Below are positions 13,618 to 24,244 of a DNA stretch of 64,000 bases, piece by piece. Under the pieces are notes generated by a model. That model was not told the origin of the DNA and ran no database searches. It saw only the letters and a list, made by a program, of their open reading frames with translations. The position numbers and the translations under genes were made by a program. Location: the NCBI RefSeq assembly GCF_016026235.1, contig NZ_CP065613.1. One strand, given 5' to 3'. Numbering within the stretch: position 1 is the first letter of the stretch; each line of letters begins with the position of its first letter. The DNA comes from Escherichia coli (lineage in GTDB: Bacteria > Pseudomonadota > Gammaproteobacteria > Enterobacterales > Enterobacteriaceae).

Positions 13618-14082
13618 TCATCGCAAATGATGCACCACCTGATTGCTGCTGCCGCGCCAGATCAGGGAAGGGTCTTTTAAATCCTGCACAAATTTGCCGT
13701 CGACCAGTACGTTAATCAAATCAACAACCTGCATTTGCGCAGCGTTGAGTTCGTCGAGTTTATAGCCTGTCCACACCCAGATGTCTTTACCCGGACACTC
13801 GGCGCGGATGCGTTTTACCAGTTTCAGAATATCCGGCACGTTTTGCGGATGCAGCGGATCGCCGCCGGAGAGGGAAATCCCCTGGCGTTTGATACGAGTG
13901 TCATTCAGATCGTTAATGATCTGGTCTTCCATTGCTTTGGTAAATGGCTGACCAGAATTTACCCGCCATGTGCTTTTGTTATAGCAACCGGGGCATTCAT
14001 GAACACACCCGGAGACAAACAGGGTGCAGCGAGTGCCGGGGCCGTTGACGATGTCGACAGGATAGTACTGATGATAATTCAT
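13618..14082 (-). CDS. nrdG: anaerobic ribonucleotide reductase activating protein (radical SAM)
   Basis: 154 aa ORF with CxxxCxxC-type cluster (CTLFVSGCVHECPGC); recognised as E. coli NrdG; immediately downstream of nrdD. Confidence 0.9.
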   Translation of the reverse strand: MNYHQYYPVDIVNGPGTRCTLFVSGCVHECPGCYNKSTWRVNSGQPFTKAMEDQIINDLNDTRIKRQGISLSGGDPLHPQNVPDILKLVKRIRAECPGKDIWVWTGYKLDELNAAQMQVVDLINVLVDGKFVQDLKDPSLIWRGSSNQVVHHLR

Positions 14083-14097
14083 TATTTCGCCTGGCTT

Positions 14098-14225
<128 letters not shown>

Positions 14226-14239
14226 GCGCAGAGTGAAGA

Positions 14240-16378
14240 TTAACCTATCTGCCCATTCCCCAAATGTTTAACGCGGCGCTTAACTTCTTCCTGCTTACCA
14301 GCGTTAAACGGACGTGCATCCGGGCTACCTAAATATCCGCACACGCGGCGAGTTACCGACACACGGGAGGCGTCATGGTTACCACATTTCGGGCAAGTGA
14401 AGCCTTTGCTGGTGCACTCGAACTCACCGGTAAAGCCACACTCGTAGCACTCATCAATCGGTGTATTGGTGCCGTAATACGGTACATGCTGATAGCTGTA
14501 ATCCCAGACATCTTCCAGCGCCTTCAGGTTGTGCTGAATGTTTGGATACTCGCCGTAGCAAATGAAACCACCGTTCGCCAGCGGCGGGTAAGGCGCTTCA
14601 AAGTCGATCTTGTCGTACGGGTTCACCTTCTTCTCCACATCGAGGTGGAAACTGTTGGTGTAGTAACCTTTATCGGTCACGCCCGGCACCACGCCAAACT
14701 CAGCAGTATCGAGACGGCAGAAGCGGTCGCACAGGTTTTCACTCGGCGTGCTGTAGAGACTGAAACCATAACCCGTTTCTTCTTTCCACTGATCCACTGC
14801 CTGACGCAGACGTTCAACAATGGCGATACCTTTCGCGCGAAGCTGCTCGTTGTCGTAAACATGCTCGCCGCCGAACAGCGCGTTAATGGTTTCGTGGATG
14901 CCGATGTAACCCAGCGAAATAGACGCACGACCGTTTTTGAAGATTTCAGAAACATCATCGTCAGCATTCAGACGCACGCCACAAGCACCTTCCATATAGA
15001 GGATCGGGGCGACGCGCGCTTTCACGCCTTCCAGACGAGCGATACGGGTCATCAGCGCCTTACGTGCCAGCACCAGACGTTCATCCAGCAGCTTCCAGAA
15101 GGTGGCTTCATCGCCTTTTGCTTCCAGAGCAATACGCGGCAGGTTCAGGCTGATCACGCCGAGGTTGTTACGACCATCGTGGATCTGCTCGCCGTTTTCA
15201 TTTTCCCACACGCCGAGGAAGCTGCGGCAGCCCATCGGGGTTTTAAACGAACCGGTGACTTTCACTACCTGATCGTAGTTCAGGATATCTGGATACATGC
15301 GCTTGCTTGCGCACTCCAGCGCCAGCTGTTTGATGTCGTAGTTCGGATCGCCTTTTTTATGGTTCAGACCATCGCGAATCGCAAACACCAGTTTCGGGAA
15401 CACCGCAGTTTTACGGTTTTTACCGAGGCCTGCGATACGGTTACGCAGGATCGATTCCTGAATCAGGCGCGATTCCCAGCTGGTGCCCAGACCAAAACCA
15501 AAGGTTACAAACGGCGTCTGACCGTTGGCGGTGTGCAGGGTGTTTACTTCGTACTCCAGCGACTGGAAGGCATCGTAGCACTCTTTGATGGTACGAGAGT
15601 TAGCGTAGCCTTCGGCGTCCGGGATGTTCCACTCTTCTGCGGTCTTGCGATGTTTGTTGTAGCTGGCGGTAACAAACGGCGCCAGCACTTCATCGATACG
15701 GTTAATGGTGGTGCCGCCATAAATATGGCTGGCGACCTGAGCAATAATCTGCGCAGTTACCGCGGTTGCCGTAGAGATCGACTTCGGCGGTTCAATCTCG
15801 GCGTTCCCCATTTTAAAGCCCTGGGTCAGCATGCCTTTCAGGTCGATCAACATGCAGTTGAACATCGGGAAGAACGGCGAGTAATCGAGATCGTGATAGT
15901 GAATATCGCCACGCTCATGTGCCTGCACCACGTCACGCGGCAGCAGGTGCTGGCGTGCATAGTGTTTAGCCACGATCCCGGCCAGCAGGTCGCGCTGGGT
16001 TGGAATCACCTTGCTGTCTTTGTTGGCGTTTTCGTTGAGTAACGAGGCGTTGGTCTGCTCGACCAGACCACGGATCTCCTGGTTCAGGCGACCGCGTTTT
16101 TCACGTTCAATGTCGCGATCGTGACGGTACTCGATGTAAGCACGAGCCAGTTGTTTGTATGGACCTGACATCAGCTGATTTTCAACTGCGGTCTGGATCT
16201 CATTGATATCCACCTGGTTGCGGCCCTGCATCTGCTCGCTGACAACCGCGGCAACAGTGGCGCAATAATCGGCATCATCGACTTCCGCTGCTTTAGCTGC
16301 ACGCAGAATCGCTTCTTTGATGCGCTCTGATTTAAACGGCACTTTGCAGCCGTCTCGTTTCATCACATGCGGTGTCAT
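14240..16378 (-). CDS. nrdD: anaerobic ribonucleoside-triphosphate reductase (class III, glycyl radical)
   Basis: 712 aa ORF with ATP-cone N-terminus and C-terminal glycyl-radical region (...RVCGYLGSP...); recognised as E. coli NrdD. Confidence 0.95.
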   Translation of the reverse strand: MTPHVMKRDGCKVPFKSERIKEAILRAAKAAEVDDADYCATVAAVVSEQMQGRNQVDINEIQTAVENQLMSGPYKQLARAYIEYRHDRDIEREKRGRLNQEIRGLVEQTNASLLNENANKDSKVIPTQRDLLAGIVAKHYARQHLLPRDVVQAHERGDIHYHDLDYSPFFPMFNCMLIDLKGMLTQGFKMGNAEIEPPKSISTATAVTAQIIAQVASHIYGGTTINRIDEVLAPFVTASYNKHRKTAEEWNIPDAEGYANSRTIKECYDAFQSLEYEVNTLHTANGQTPFVTFGFGLGTSWESRLIQESILRNRIAGLGKNRKTAVFPKLVFAIRDGLNHKKGDPNYDIKQLALECASKRMYPDILNYDQVVKVTGSFKTPMGCRSFLGVWENENGEQIHDGRNNLGVISLNLPRIALEAKGDEATFWKLLDERLVLARKALMTRIARLEGVKARVAPILYMEGACGVRLNADDDVSEIFKNGRASISLGYIGIHETINALFGGEHVYDNEQLRAKGIAIVERLRQAVDQWKEETGYGFSLYSTPSENLCDRFCRLDTAEFGVVPGVTDKGYYTNSFHLDVEKKVNPYDKIDFEAPYPPLANGGFICYGEYPNIQHNLKALEDVWDYSYQHVPYYGTNTPIDECYECGFTGEFECTSKGFTCPKCGNHDASRVSVTRRVCGYLGSPDARPFNAGKQEEVKRRVKHLGNGQIG

Positions 16379-16613
16379 GATCGCTCCATATTTTTAAGAA
16401 CAGGTTATCCACAGAAATTGGGAAAGACGTTTTCCGGTTTTTTCGTTTCGTTTTCCGGTGCTTTCCGCAATCGCCATCCGCTTATCCACAACGCCGCACC
16501 TTTTTCGTGGGGAGCTGTAGTAGCAATTATAGTCGATTAATACAACATATTGGGTTGGGACGCATTTTAAAGTCTATATATAGTGCTTTGCATCAAGGAT
16601 GTTTTAACTTTTT

Positions 16614-16627
16614 TTGATGTAGCTCAA
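16614..16627 (-). promoter_or_regulatory. candidate FNR-type box in the nrdDG promoter region
   Basis: ttgatgtagctcaa resembles the FNR consensus TTGAT-N4-ATCAA (one mismatch) upstream of anaerobically induced nrdD. Confidence 0.4.
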
Positions 16628-16730
16628 AGTAAAAAGCAGAGCGTACGGATGACGGGCGCTACAGCGATATGTAAATTTTTTAATGAATTTGCTGGTTTAA
16701 AAATCAACAAAAACAACATACTGACAGACA

Positions 16731-16766
16731 AAACCCCGGAATGACCGGCATTACCGGGGCTTAGGG
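16731..16766 (-). terminator. rho-independent terminator after treC
   Basis: Inverted repeat ccccgg...ccgggg; on the minus strand it is followed by a T-run, directly downstream of the treC stop. Confidence 0.6.
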
Positions 16767-16771
16767 AAGAT

Positions 16772-18427
16772 TTACTTCTGTAACCACCAGACAGCCTCAA
16801 AAGGCCGTAAAGTCATGGCACAGGGTTGTGGTGAGGCTTCTTCGTAGTTATGCATCACAAGTTGCCAGTTGCCGCGCATTTTCCCTGGCTGCCAGGGTTG
16901 GATCTCACGGCTAAGGTTGGCAATGACCAGCAAGGTTTGCCCCTTCCATTCACGGCGATAGCACCACAATACAGGGCTGTTTGGCAGCAGATCCTGGTAA
17001 TTGCCCCATGTCAGGATGGCTTCTTGCTTACGCAGTGCGATTAACTTTTGGTAGGTGTAAAACACCGAGGAGTCATCGGCCAGCGCGGCTTCTACGTTGA
17101 TTTGTTGATAGTTATCGCCCAGGCCAATCCACGGTTCGCCAGCCGTAAACCCGGCATTATCGCCGTTGCTCCATTGCATGGGCGTGCGGCTGTTGTCACG
17201 GGATTTACTGGCGAGGATTGCCAATAACTCGTCGGCATCACGCCCATCGTTGCGCAGCTCGGCAAACATATTGAGGCTCTCCACGTCGCGATAGTCAGTA
17301 ATGCGCGAGAAATGTGGGTTGGTCATGCCAATCTCTTCGCCCTGGTAGATATACGGCGTTCCCTGCATGCCGTGCAGCACCATCGCCAGCATTTTTGCCG
17401 CAGGCACGCGGTATTCACCTTCATCACCAAAGCGAGAAACAATGCGCGGCTGATCGTGGTTACACCAGAACAAGGCATTCCATGCCACGTTGTGCATTCC
17501 TTGTTGCCAGTGGTGGAACAATGTTTTCAACGCCACAAAGTCAGGTTTAGCCAGCGTCCATTTTTCACCACCGGGATAATCGACCTTCAGGTGATGAAAA
17601 TTAAAGGTCATCGACAATTCACTGCCTGTCAGTGCCGCGTATCGCTGGCAATGCTCAAGGCTGGTGGAGGACATTTCACCTACGGTCATTAACCCGCGTG
17701 GCGTAAACACATCGCGGTTCATCTCGTGCAAAAACTCGTGTGCTCGTGGCCCGTCGGTGTAGAAGCGACGCCCGTCGCCATCCAGGTCTTCAGGGAAACG
17801 CGGGTCTTTGGAGATCAGATTCACCACATCCAGGCGCAACCCGTCGACCCCACGATCGGCCCAGAATTCACAGACTTTTTTCAGCTCTGCGCGTACCGCT
17901 GGATTCTCCCAGTTGAGATCCGCCTGTTCTGGTGCAAAGAGATGCAAATAGTACTGTTCGCTTTCCGCATGCCAGCGCCACGCACTACCGCCAAATTTTG
18001 AACGCCAGTTGTTCGGTGGCGTTTCTGGTTCGCCATCGCGCCAGATATAAAACTGGCGGTAAGGGCTTTCTTTGTTCAGCGCCTCGCGAAACCAGGCATG
18101 TTGGGTAGAGGTATGGTTAAACACCATATCGAGAATGATACGAATCCCGCGCGATTTTGCCTGCGTCACCAGTTCGTCAAAATCGTCCAGCGTGCCGTAG
18201 GTGGGATCAATCGCCGTATAGTTCGCTACATCGTAACCGTTATCGACCTGGGGAGAGACATAAAAGGGGGTTAGCCAGATGGCATCAACGCCCAGTTTAT
18301 GCAGATAGTCCAGGCGTTGGATAACGCCACGTAAATCGCCGGTACCGCTACCCGTGGTGTCCTGAAAACTCTTTGGATAAATCTGGTAGATAACGCCGTT
18401 TTGCCACCAGTGGGGAAGATTAGTCAT
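16772..18427 (-). CDS. treC: trehalose-6-phosphate hydrolase
   Basis: Glycoside hydrolase family 13 ORF; start placed at the internal Met MTNLPHWWQNGVIYQIYPKSF... (551 aa) rather than the longer track ORF, which would overlap the end of treB. Confidence 0.9.
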   Translation of the reverse strand: MTNLPHWWQNGVIYQIYPKSFQDTTGSGTGDLRGVIQRLDYLHKLGVDAIWLTPFYVSPQVDNGYDVANYTAIDPTYGTLDDFDELVTQAKSRGIRIILDMVFNHTSTQHAWFREALNKESPYRQFYIWRDGEPETPPNNWRSKFGGSAWRWHAESEQYYLHLFAPEQADLNWENPAVRAELKKVCEFWADRGVDGLRLDVVNLISKDPRFPEDLDGDGRRFYTDGPRAHEFLHEMNRDVFTPRGLMTVGEMSSTSLEHCQRYAALTGSELSMTFNFHHLKVDYPGGEKWTLAKPDFVALKTLFHHWQQGMHNVAWNALFWCNHDQPRIVSRFGDEGEYRVPAAKMLAMVLHGMQGTPYIYQGEEIGMTNPHFSRITDYRDVESLNMFAELRNDGRDADELLAILASKSRDNSRTPMQWSNGDNAGFTAGEPWIGLGDNYQQINVEAALADDSSVFYTYQKLIALRKQEAILTWGNYQDLLPNSPVLWCYRREWKGQTLLVIANLSREIQPWQPGKMRGNWQLVMHNYEEASPQPCAMTLRPFEAVWWLQK

Positions 18428-18476
18428 TACGTTATTCCTGCAAATGCGAGGGGGCGCAATTGCGCCCCGAAGAAAA

Positions 18477-19898
18477 TTAAACAATATCCAGCGTGCCCAG
18501 GCGGTATTTCCGCTGATAGATAAACGAGGTGAGTACAATCGGGATGATGATGGCGATAACCATTGCCAGCGCAAATACCTGCCAGTAGCTCGGTTGAATC
18601 GAGAGAATTCCCGGCAGGCCGCCTACTCCGATACCATTCGCCATAACGCCGTTCAGGCCGCATAGTAATCCTGCCAGACCAGAACCAATCATCGCGCACA
18701 GCATCGGGAAGCGATATTTCAGGTTGATGCCGTACATTGCAGGCTCAGTGACCCCAAGCCAGGCGGAGATAGCGGCAGGCACGGAGATCTCGCGTTCATT
18801 GTGCTTGCGGCTGGAAATGATAATGCCTATCACGGCGGAGCCCTGAGCGATATTCGACAGCGCAATCAGCGGCCACACTGGCGTGCCACCCATGCTTTGA
18901 ATCATCTGCAAATCAATAGCAAGGGTGGTCTGGTGTACGCCGGTGATCACCAGCGGCGCGTACAGGAAGCCAAACAATGCCGCACCAATCGGAGCAAAGC
19001 TGCCGGTCATCAGGTGACGTACCGCAAAGGCAACGCCATCGCCAATCATGCGACCAAACGGACCAATCAGCGCATGGGCGAGGAACACCGCGAGGATCAG
19101 CGAACAGACGGGCACCACCACCAGATAGAGGTAATCCGGTACGATGCGTTTAAGGCGAGTTTCAATAACGCCCAGCGCCAGCCCGGCTAACAGTGCCGGG
19201 ATCACCTGCGCCTGATAGCCCACTTTGGCGATGCTGAACATGCCAAAGTCCCACACTTCCGGCAGCTGCTGCCCGAGCAGATAAGCGTTCATCAGCTGGG
19301 GGGAAACCAGTGTCACGCCAAGCACGATACCAAGGATCGGCGTGCCGCCCATTTTTTTCACCGCTGACCAGCAAATCCCGACCGGCAGGTAGAAGAAGAT
19401 CGCTTCACCGATCAACCACAGAAAATCGTAGATCGTTTGCAGGGAAGGGTACATTTGCGCCAGCGTCTGACCGTTGCTCATGGGCAAATCGCCGATCACA
19501 TTGCGAAAACCGAGGATCAAACCACCGCTAATCAACGCGGGCAGCAACGGGAAGAAGATCTCCGCGAAATGAGAGATCAACTGCTCATGCCATTTCATAT
19601 TCTGCCGGGCGGCTTTTTTTACCTGCTCTTTATCAACCTGCGCCTGTCCGGTTGACGCAATCAGTGCTTGATAGTAATCACCCACATTGGTGCCAATCAC
19701 CACCTGAAATTGCCCGGCATTGGTGAAACAGCCTTTCACCATGGGGAGTTGCTCAATTTCTTTCGGTCTGGCATTGGCCGGTTGGTTGAGGACAAAGCGC
19801 AGGCGAGTAATACAGTGGCTCACCGTCGCAATATTGCCGCGCCCGCCGACCAGTTCAATCAACCGATCGATATCCGTTTGGTTTATTTTGCTCATCAT
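18477..19898 (-). CDS. treB: PTS trehalose-specific EIIBC component
   Basis: 473 aa ORF; N-terminal EIIB cysteine motif (VSHCITRLRF) followed by multi-TM EIIC domain; recognised as E. coli TreB. Confidence 0.9.
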   Translation of the reverse strand: MMSKINQTDIDRLIELVGGRGNIATVSHCITRLRFVLNQPANARPKEIEQLPMVKGCFTNAGQFQVVIGTNVGDYYQALIASTGQAQVDKEQVKKAARQNMKWHEQLISHFAEIFFPLLPALISGGLILGFRNVIGDLPMSNGQTLAQMYPSLQTIYDFLWLIGEAIFFYLPVGICWSAVKKMGGTPILGIVLGVTLVSPQLMNAYLLGQQLPEVWDFGMFSIAKVGYQAQVIPALLAGLALGVIETRLKRIVPDYLYLVVVPVCSLILAVFLAHALIGPFGRMIGDGVAFAVRHLMTGSFAPIGAALFGFLYAPLVITGVHQTTLAIDLQMIQSMGGTPVWPLIALSNIAQGSAVIGIIISSRKHNEREISVPAAISAWLGVTEPAMYGINLKYRFPMLCAMIGSGLAGLLCGLNGVMANGIGVGGLPGILSIQPSYWQVFALAMVIAIIIPIVLTSFIYQRKYRLGTLDIV

Positions 19899-19963
19899 AA
19901 AGCCCCATGGCAGATGACATTTTTGGTTGGCTGCAGAATATATTGCGCGGAAAAATTTAAAAA

Positions 19964-19977
19964 CGGGAACGTTCCCG
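19964..19977. promoter_or_regulatory. candidate TreR (LacI-family) operator palindrome in the treB promoter
   Basis: Perfect 14-bp palindrome cgggaacgttcccg between treR and treB. Confidence 0.5.
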
Positions 19978-20016
19978 AAACGTAGCGAAGATCACAATTT
20001 ATCGTTCAGGAAACGA

Positions 20017-20964
20017 TCAGGACAGGGTGGCGGGGATGATGATTTGTTGCGGTTCGCTGCGCCCGGTTACCTGCGCGATCAACTGGCAGGCCGCCTGGCG
20101 TCCAGCTTCGGCGTAGCCAGGATCTACGGTGACGATCTCCGGATGAAGGAATTTCATTAACGGCGTATTACCGACGCTCGCCAGTTGCAAGGTGTCGATG
20201 CGTTGCTCTTGCAGGTATTTACTTGCGCCAAGTGCCAGCGTGTCGGTTGCGCACAGTAACGCAGTAGTTTCAGGCGTAATCACTTTTGCCACGTTCTCAT
20301 AGCCTTGCTTCATAGCAAGCCCTGGCAGAGCGGCAACGGGATGCAGTTTATGCGCTTTGCAGAACGCCAGGTAGGCTTCGTGACGTCGCTTACCGGTCGT
20401 CACGTCACTATGCGGCACGCCGAGATAACTGATATTGCGATGCCCCTGGTCATACAGCCGTTGCATCAGGATCTTGATTGCCCCTTCGTCGTCATAACAG
20501 ACCGAAGCAAAGCCTTTTGCGTCACGCGCCAGCAGAACCAGCGATGACTGCCAGTGGGCTAACATTTCTTCTGTTATGCCAGTAAAACCGAACAACACTA
20601 CGCCGTCGATATTACGCCGTTTCAGCACCCCCAAATGTTCGGCAACTAATTGTGGGGAAAACTGACTTTCCATCATGATTGGGTCGTAACCTTGTTCATA
20701 GAACGCTGGCAGCATGGTTTGAACGGCGAGATTTTCTGACAACGAATCCAGACGGGTAACAATGATGGCGACCACTTTATCGCTTTGCCCACGCATAGCG
20801 CGCGCAGAGCGGGAAGGGGAAAATCCATGCTGATTCATCACTGCTTCAACACGCTCGCGGGTGCGCTGGCTCACGCCGCTTTCGTTATTCAGCACCCGGG
20901 AAACTGTAGATTTCCCCACGCCGCTTAAGCGCGCGATGTCTTTGATGGTCAGCCGATTTTGCAT
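20017..20964 (-). CDS. treR: trehalose operon repressor (LacI family)
   Basis: 315 aa ORF with N-terminal HTH (MQNRLTIKDIARLSGVGKSTVSRVLNN) and periplasmic-binding-like domain; recognised as E. coli TreR. Confidence 0.9.
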   Translation of the reverse strand: MQNRLTIKDIARLSGVGKSTVSRVLNNESGVSQRTRERVEAVMNQHGFSPSRSARAMRGQSDKVVAIIVTRLDSLSENLAVQTMLPAFYEQGYDPIMMESQFSPQLVAEHLGVLKRRNIDGVVLFGFTGITEEMLAHWQSSLVLLARDAKGFASVCYDDEGAIKILMQRLYDQGHRNISYLGVPHSDVTTGKRRHEAYLAFCKAHKLHPVAALPGLAMKQGYENVAKVITPETTALLCATDTLALGASKYLQEQRIDTLQLASVGNTPLMKFLHPEIVTVDPGYAEAGRQAACQLIAQVTGRSEPQQIIIPATLS

Positions 20965-21148
20965 CCTGTTGTCCTGTAACGTGTTGTTTAATTATTTGAG
21001 CCTAACTTTACCCGTGCATTCAGCAATGGGTAAAGTCTGGTTTATCGTTGGTTTAGTTGCCAGCAGGTATTATATCGCCATAGATGCTACGAATATTATT
21101 GGATTCTCCTTATTATTTGCGGCGCTTTATTCACTTACCGGAGGTTAT

Positions 21149-21202
21149 ATGGAACCTGATCCCACGCCTCTCCCTCGACGGAGATTAAAACTTTTCCGGT
21201 AA
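21149..21202 (+). CDS. mgtL: mgtA leader peptide MgtL (proline-rich regulatory leader ORF)
   Basis: 17-codon [20 protein letters not shown] in the mgtA 5-prime leader, about 140 nt upstream of the mgtA start. Confidence 0.75.
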
Positions 21203-21342
21203 GCCCGTCTTTTCACGGCGTTACCGGATGCGTAAGGCCGTGACGTTTTAACGTCCCTGCTCAGCTTTATTACCTTCAGGTAAGGCTTCGCCACGCCTGA
21301 AGACATTTCTGTACTGTTTCAGACAGTGCGGAGGGACTCCTT

Positions 21343-24039
21343 ATGTTTAAAGAAATCTTTACCCGGCTCATTCGCCATTTACCTTCCCGTCTGGTTCATC
21401 GTGATCCATTGCCTGGCGCGCAGCAGACAGTGAATACGGTGGTCCCGCCGTCCTTAAGTGCGCATTGCCTGAAAATGGCGGTGATGCCCGAAGAAGAATT
21501 GTGGAAAACGTTCGACACCCATCCGGAAGGGTTAAATCAGGCGGAAGTGGAATCTGCCCGCGAACAACATGGTGAAAATAAATTACCCGCACAACAACCG
21601 TCGCCGTGGTGGGTACATTTATGGGTCTGCTATCGCAACCCATTTAATATTTTACTCACCATTCTCGGCGCTATTTCTTACGCCACGGAAGATTTATTTG
21701 CCGCGGGCGTTATCGCGCTAATGGTCGCTATTTCTACGTTGCTGAACTTTATTCAGGAAGCACGTTCCACTAAAGCGGCAGATGCCCTGAAAGCGATGGT
21801 CAGCAATACCGCGACGGTGCTGCGCGTAATTAACGACAAAGGCGAAAATGGCTGGCTGGAGATCCCGATCGACCAGCTGGTGCCCGGCGATATTATAAAA
21901 CTGGCGGCGGGGGATATGATCCCGGCAGATTTACGTATCTTGCAGGCGCGGGATCTGTTCGTCGCTCAGGCGTCGTTAACCGGTGAGTCTCTGCCCGTGG
22001 AAAAAGCCGCTACCACTCGCCAGCCGGAGCACAGCAATCCGCTGGAGTGTGACACCCTGTGTTTTATGGGCACCACCGTGGTGAGCGGCACGGCACAAGC
22101 AATGGTGATTGCTACAGGAGCCAACACTTGGTTTGGTCAACTGGCGGGGCGTGTTAGTGAGCAGGAAAGCGAGCCGAATGCCTTTCAGCAGGGGATCAGC
22201 CGCGTCAGTATGCTGCTGATTCGCTTTATGCTGGTGATGGCTCCGGTGGTGTTGCTTATCAACGGTTACACCAAAGGCGACTGGTGGGAAGCGGCACTGT
22301 TTGCGCTTTCGGTCGCGGTAGGCTTAACGCCGGAAATGTTGCCGATGATTGTTACCTCGACGCTGGCGCGCGGCGCAGTAAAGCTGTCGAAACAGAAAGT
22401 GATCGTCAAACATCTGGATGCTATTCAGAACTTTGGCGCAATGGATATTCTGTGCACTGATAAAACTGGCACCCTGACACAGGACAAAATTGTGCTGGAG
22501 AATCATACCGATATCTCCGGTAAAACCAGCGAACGCGTGCTGCATAGCGCGTGGTTGAACAGTCATTATCAGACCGGACTTAAAAACCTGCTCGATACAG
22601 CGGTGCTCGAAGGTACGGATGAAGAGTCAGCGCGCTCTCTGGCCAGCCGTTGGCAAAAAATTGATGAGATTCCGTTTGATTTCGAGCGTCGCCGGATGTC
22701 GGTGGTAGTGGCAGAAAATACCGAGCACCATCAGCTGGTTTGCAAAGGTGCATTGCAGGAAATCCTCAATGTGTGTTCGCAGGTGCGTCACAATGGCGAG
22801 ATTGTGCCGCTCGATGACATCATGCTGCGTAAGATTAAGCGGGTTACTGATACGCTTAATCGTCAGGGGCTGCGCGTGGTTGCGGTGGCGACGAAATACC
22901 TGCCAGCGCGTGAAGGAGATTACCAGCGGGCGGATGAATCCGACCTGATCCTCGAAGGATATATTGCTTTCCTTGATCCGCCAAAAGAGACAACCGCTCC
23001 GGCACTGAAGGCATTAAAAGCGAGTGGAATCACCGTAAAAATCCTTACTGGCGACAGTGAGTTAGTTGCAGCGAAAGTGTGCCATGAAGTGGGGCTGGAC
23101 GCGGGAGAGGTGGTCATTGGTAGTGATATTGAAACGCTATCTGACGACGAACTGGCAAATCTCGCACAGCGCACCACGCTGTTTGCCCGCCTGACGCCGA
23201 TGCATAAAGAACGCATTGTGACCTTACTGAAGCGCGAAGGGCATGTGGTTGGCTTTATGGGCGATGGTATTAATGATGCGCCCGCCTTACGCGCTGCGGA
23301 TATCGGCATTTCTGTGGACGGCGCGGTAGATATTGCCCGTGAAGCGGCTGATATCATCCTGCTGGAAAAAAGCCTGATGGTGCTGGAAGAGGGGGTTATT
23401 GAAGGACGTCGCACTTTCGCCAACATGCTGAAATACATCAAAATGACGGCGAGCTCCAACTTCGGTAATGTGTTCAGCGTGCTGGTGGCGAGTGCTTTCT
23501 TGCCCTTCCTGCCGATGTTGCCGTTACACTTGCTTATTCAGAACCTGCTGTATGATGTGTCACAGGTGGCGATCCCGTTTGATAACGTCGACGACGAGCA
23601 AATTCAAAAGCCGCAGCGTTGGAATCCGGCGGATCTGGGGCGCTTTATGATCTTCTTCGGACCGATCAGCTCGATCTTCGATATTCTGACGTTTTGCCTG
23701 ATGTGGTGGGTATTCCATGCCAACACGCCGGAAACGCAAACGCTGTTCCAGTCGGGATGGTTTGTGGTGGGCTTACTGTCGCAAACGCTGATTGTGCATA
23801 TGATCCGCACCCGCCGTGTGCCGTTTATTCAGAGCTGTGCATCGTGGCCGTTAATGATCATGACCGTGATCGTGATGATTGTCGGGATCGCATTGCCGTT
23901 TTCACCGCTGGCCAGTTATCTGCAGCTGCAGGCGCTGCCGTTAAGCTATTTCCCGTGGCTGGTTGCGATTTTGGCAGGGTATATGACGTTAACCCAGTTG
24001 GTGAAAGGATTTTATAGCCGTCGTTACGGCTGGCAATAA
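21343..24039 (+). CDS. mgtA: Mg2+-importing P-type ATPase
   Basis: 898 aa ORF with P-type ATPase signatures (DKTGTLT, TGDSE, GDGINDAPAL); recognised as E. coli MgtA. Confidence 0.95.
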   Translation: MFKEIFTRLIRHLPSRLVHRDPLPGAQQTVNTVVPPSLSAHCLKMAVMPEEELWKTFDTHPEGLNQAEVESAREQHGENKLPAQQPSPWWVHLWVCYRNPFNILLTILGAISYATEDLFAAGVIALMVAISTLLNFIQEARSTKAADALKAMVSNTATVLRVINDKGENGWLEIPIDQLVPGDIIKLAAGDMIPADLRILQARDLFVAQASLTGESLPVEKAATTRQPEHSNPLECDTLCFMGTTVVSGTAQAMVIATGANTWFGQLAGRVSEQESEPNAFQQGISRVSMLLIRFMLVMAPVVLLINGYTKGDWWEAALFALSVAVGLTPEMLPMIVTSTLARGAVKLSKQKVIVKHLDAIQNFGAMDILCTDKTGTLTQDKIVLENHTDISGKTSERVLHSAWLNSHYQTGLKNLLDTAVLEGTDEESARSLASRWQKIDEIPFDFERRRMSVVVAENTEHHQLVCKGALQEILNVCSQVRHNGEIVPLDDIMLRKIKRVTDTLNRQGLRVVAVATKYLPAREGDYQRADESDLILEGYIAFLDPPKETTAPALKALKASGITVKILTGDSELVAAKVCHEVGLDAGEVVIGSDIETLSDDELANLAQRTTLFARLTPMHKERIVTLLKREGHVVGFMGDGINDAPALRAADIGISVDGAVDIAREAADIILLEKSLMVLEEGVIEGRRTFANMLKYIKMTASSNFGNVFSVLVASAFLPFLPMLPLHLLIQNLLYDVSQVAIPFDNVDDEQIQKPQRWNPADLGRFMIFFGPISSIFDILTFCLMWWVFHANTPETQTLFQSGWFVVGLLSQTLIVHMIRTRRVPFIQSCASWPLMIMTVIVMIVGIALPFSPLASYLQLQALPLSYFPWLVAILAGYMTLTQLVKGFYSRRYGWQ

Positions 24040-24094
24040 AGAATCAACTGGGCATGGTGGCCTGGATTCAGATTGCAGACAAAGTGAGTTTTGT

Positions 24095-24190
24095 TCATGC
24101 CGGATGCGGCGTAAATGCCTTATCCGGCCAACAAATTCAATAAATTGCAGGAATCACGTAGGCCTGATAAGCGTAGCGCATCAGGCGATT
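24095..24190. repeat. REP/BIME palindromic repeats downstream of mgtA
   Basis: REP-like units (gccggatgcggcgtaaatgccttatccggcc; gtaggcctgataagcgtagcgcatcaggc). Confidence 0.65.
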
Positions 24191-24244
24191 TTGTGTTTGT
24201 CATCAGACTTAATCCGGGCATGATAGCCCGGATTTCCATCAAGA

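Noticed and set aside
14375-16042. Long antisense ORFs inside known genes (for example 14375..16042 within nrdD, 35994..38573 within valS, 24338..25216 across pyrI/pyrB, 22920..23459 within mgtA, 682..1539 within tamB)
   Set aside because: They lie opposite well-supported, recognisable protein-coding genes and have odd composition (Arg/His/Val-rich); they are typical shadow ORFs of GC-rich coding regions.
16772-18574. Extended N-termini suggested by first-Met ORF calls (treC 600 aa, ridA 152 aa, bdcA 263 aa, holC 160 aa, idnR 342 aa, ahr 353 aa, tabA 153 aa)
   Set aside because: The longer versions overlap upstream genes or lack an RBS; internal Met codons give the conserved protein N-termini I recognise, so the shorter coordinates are reported.
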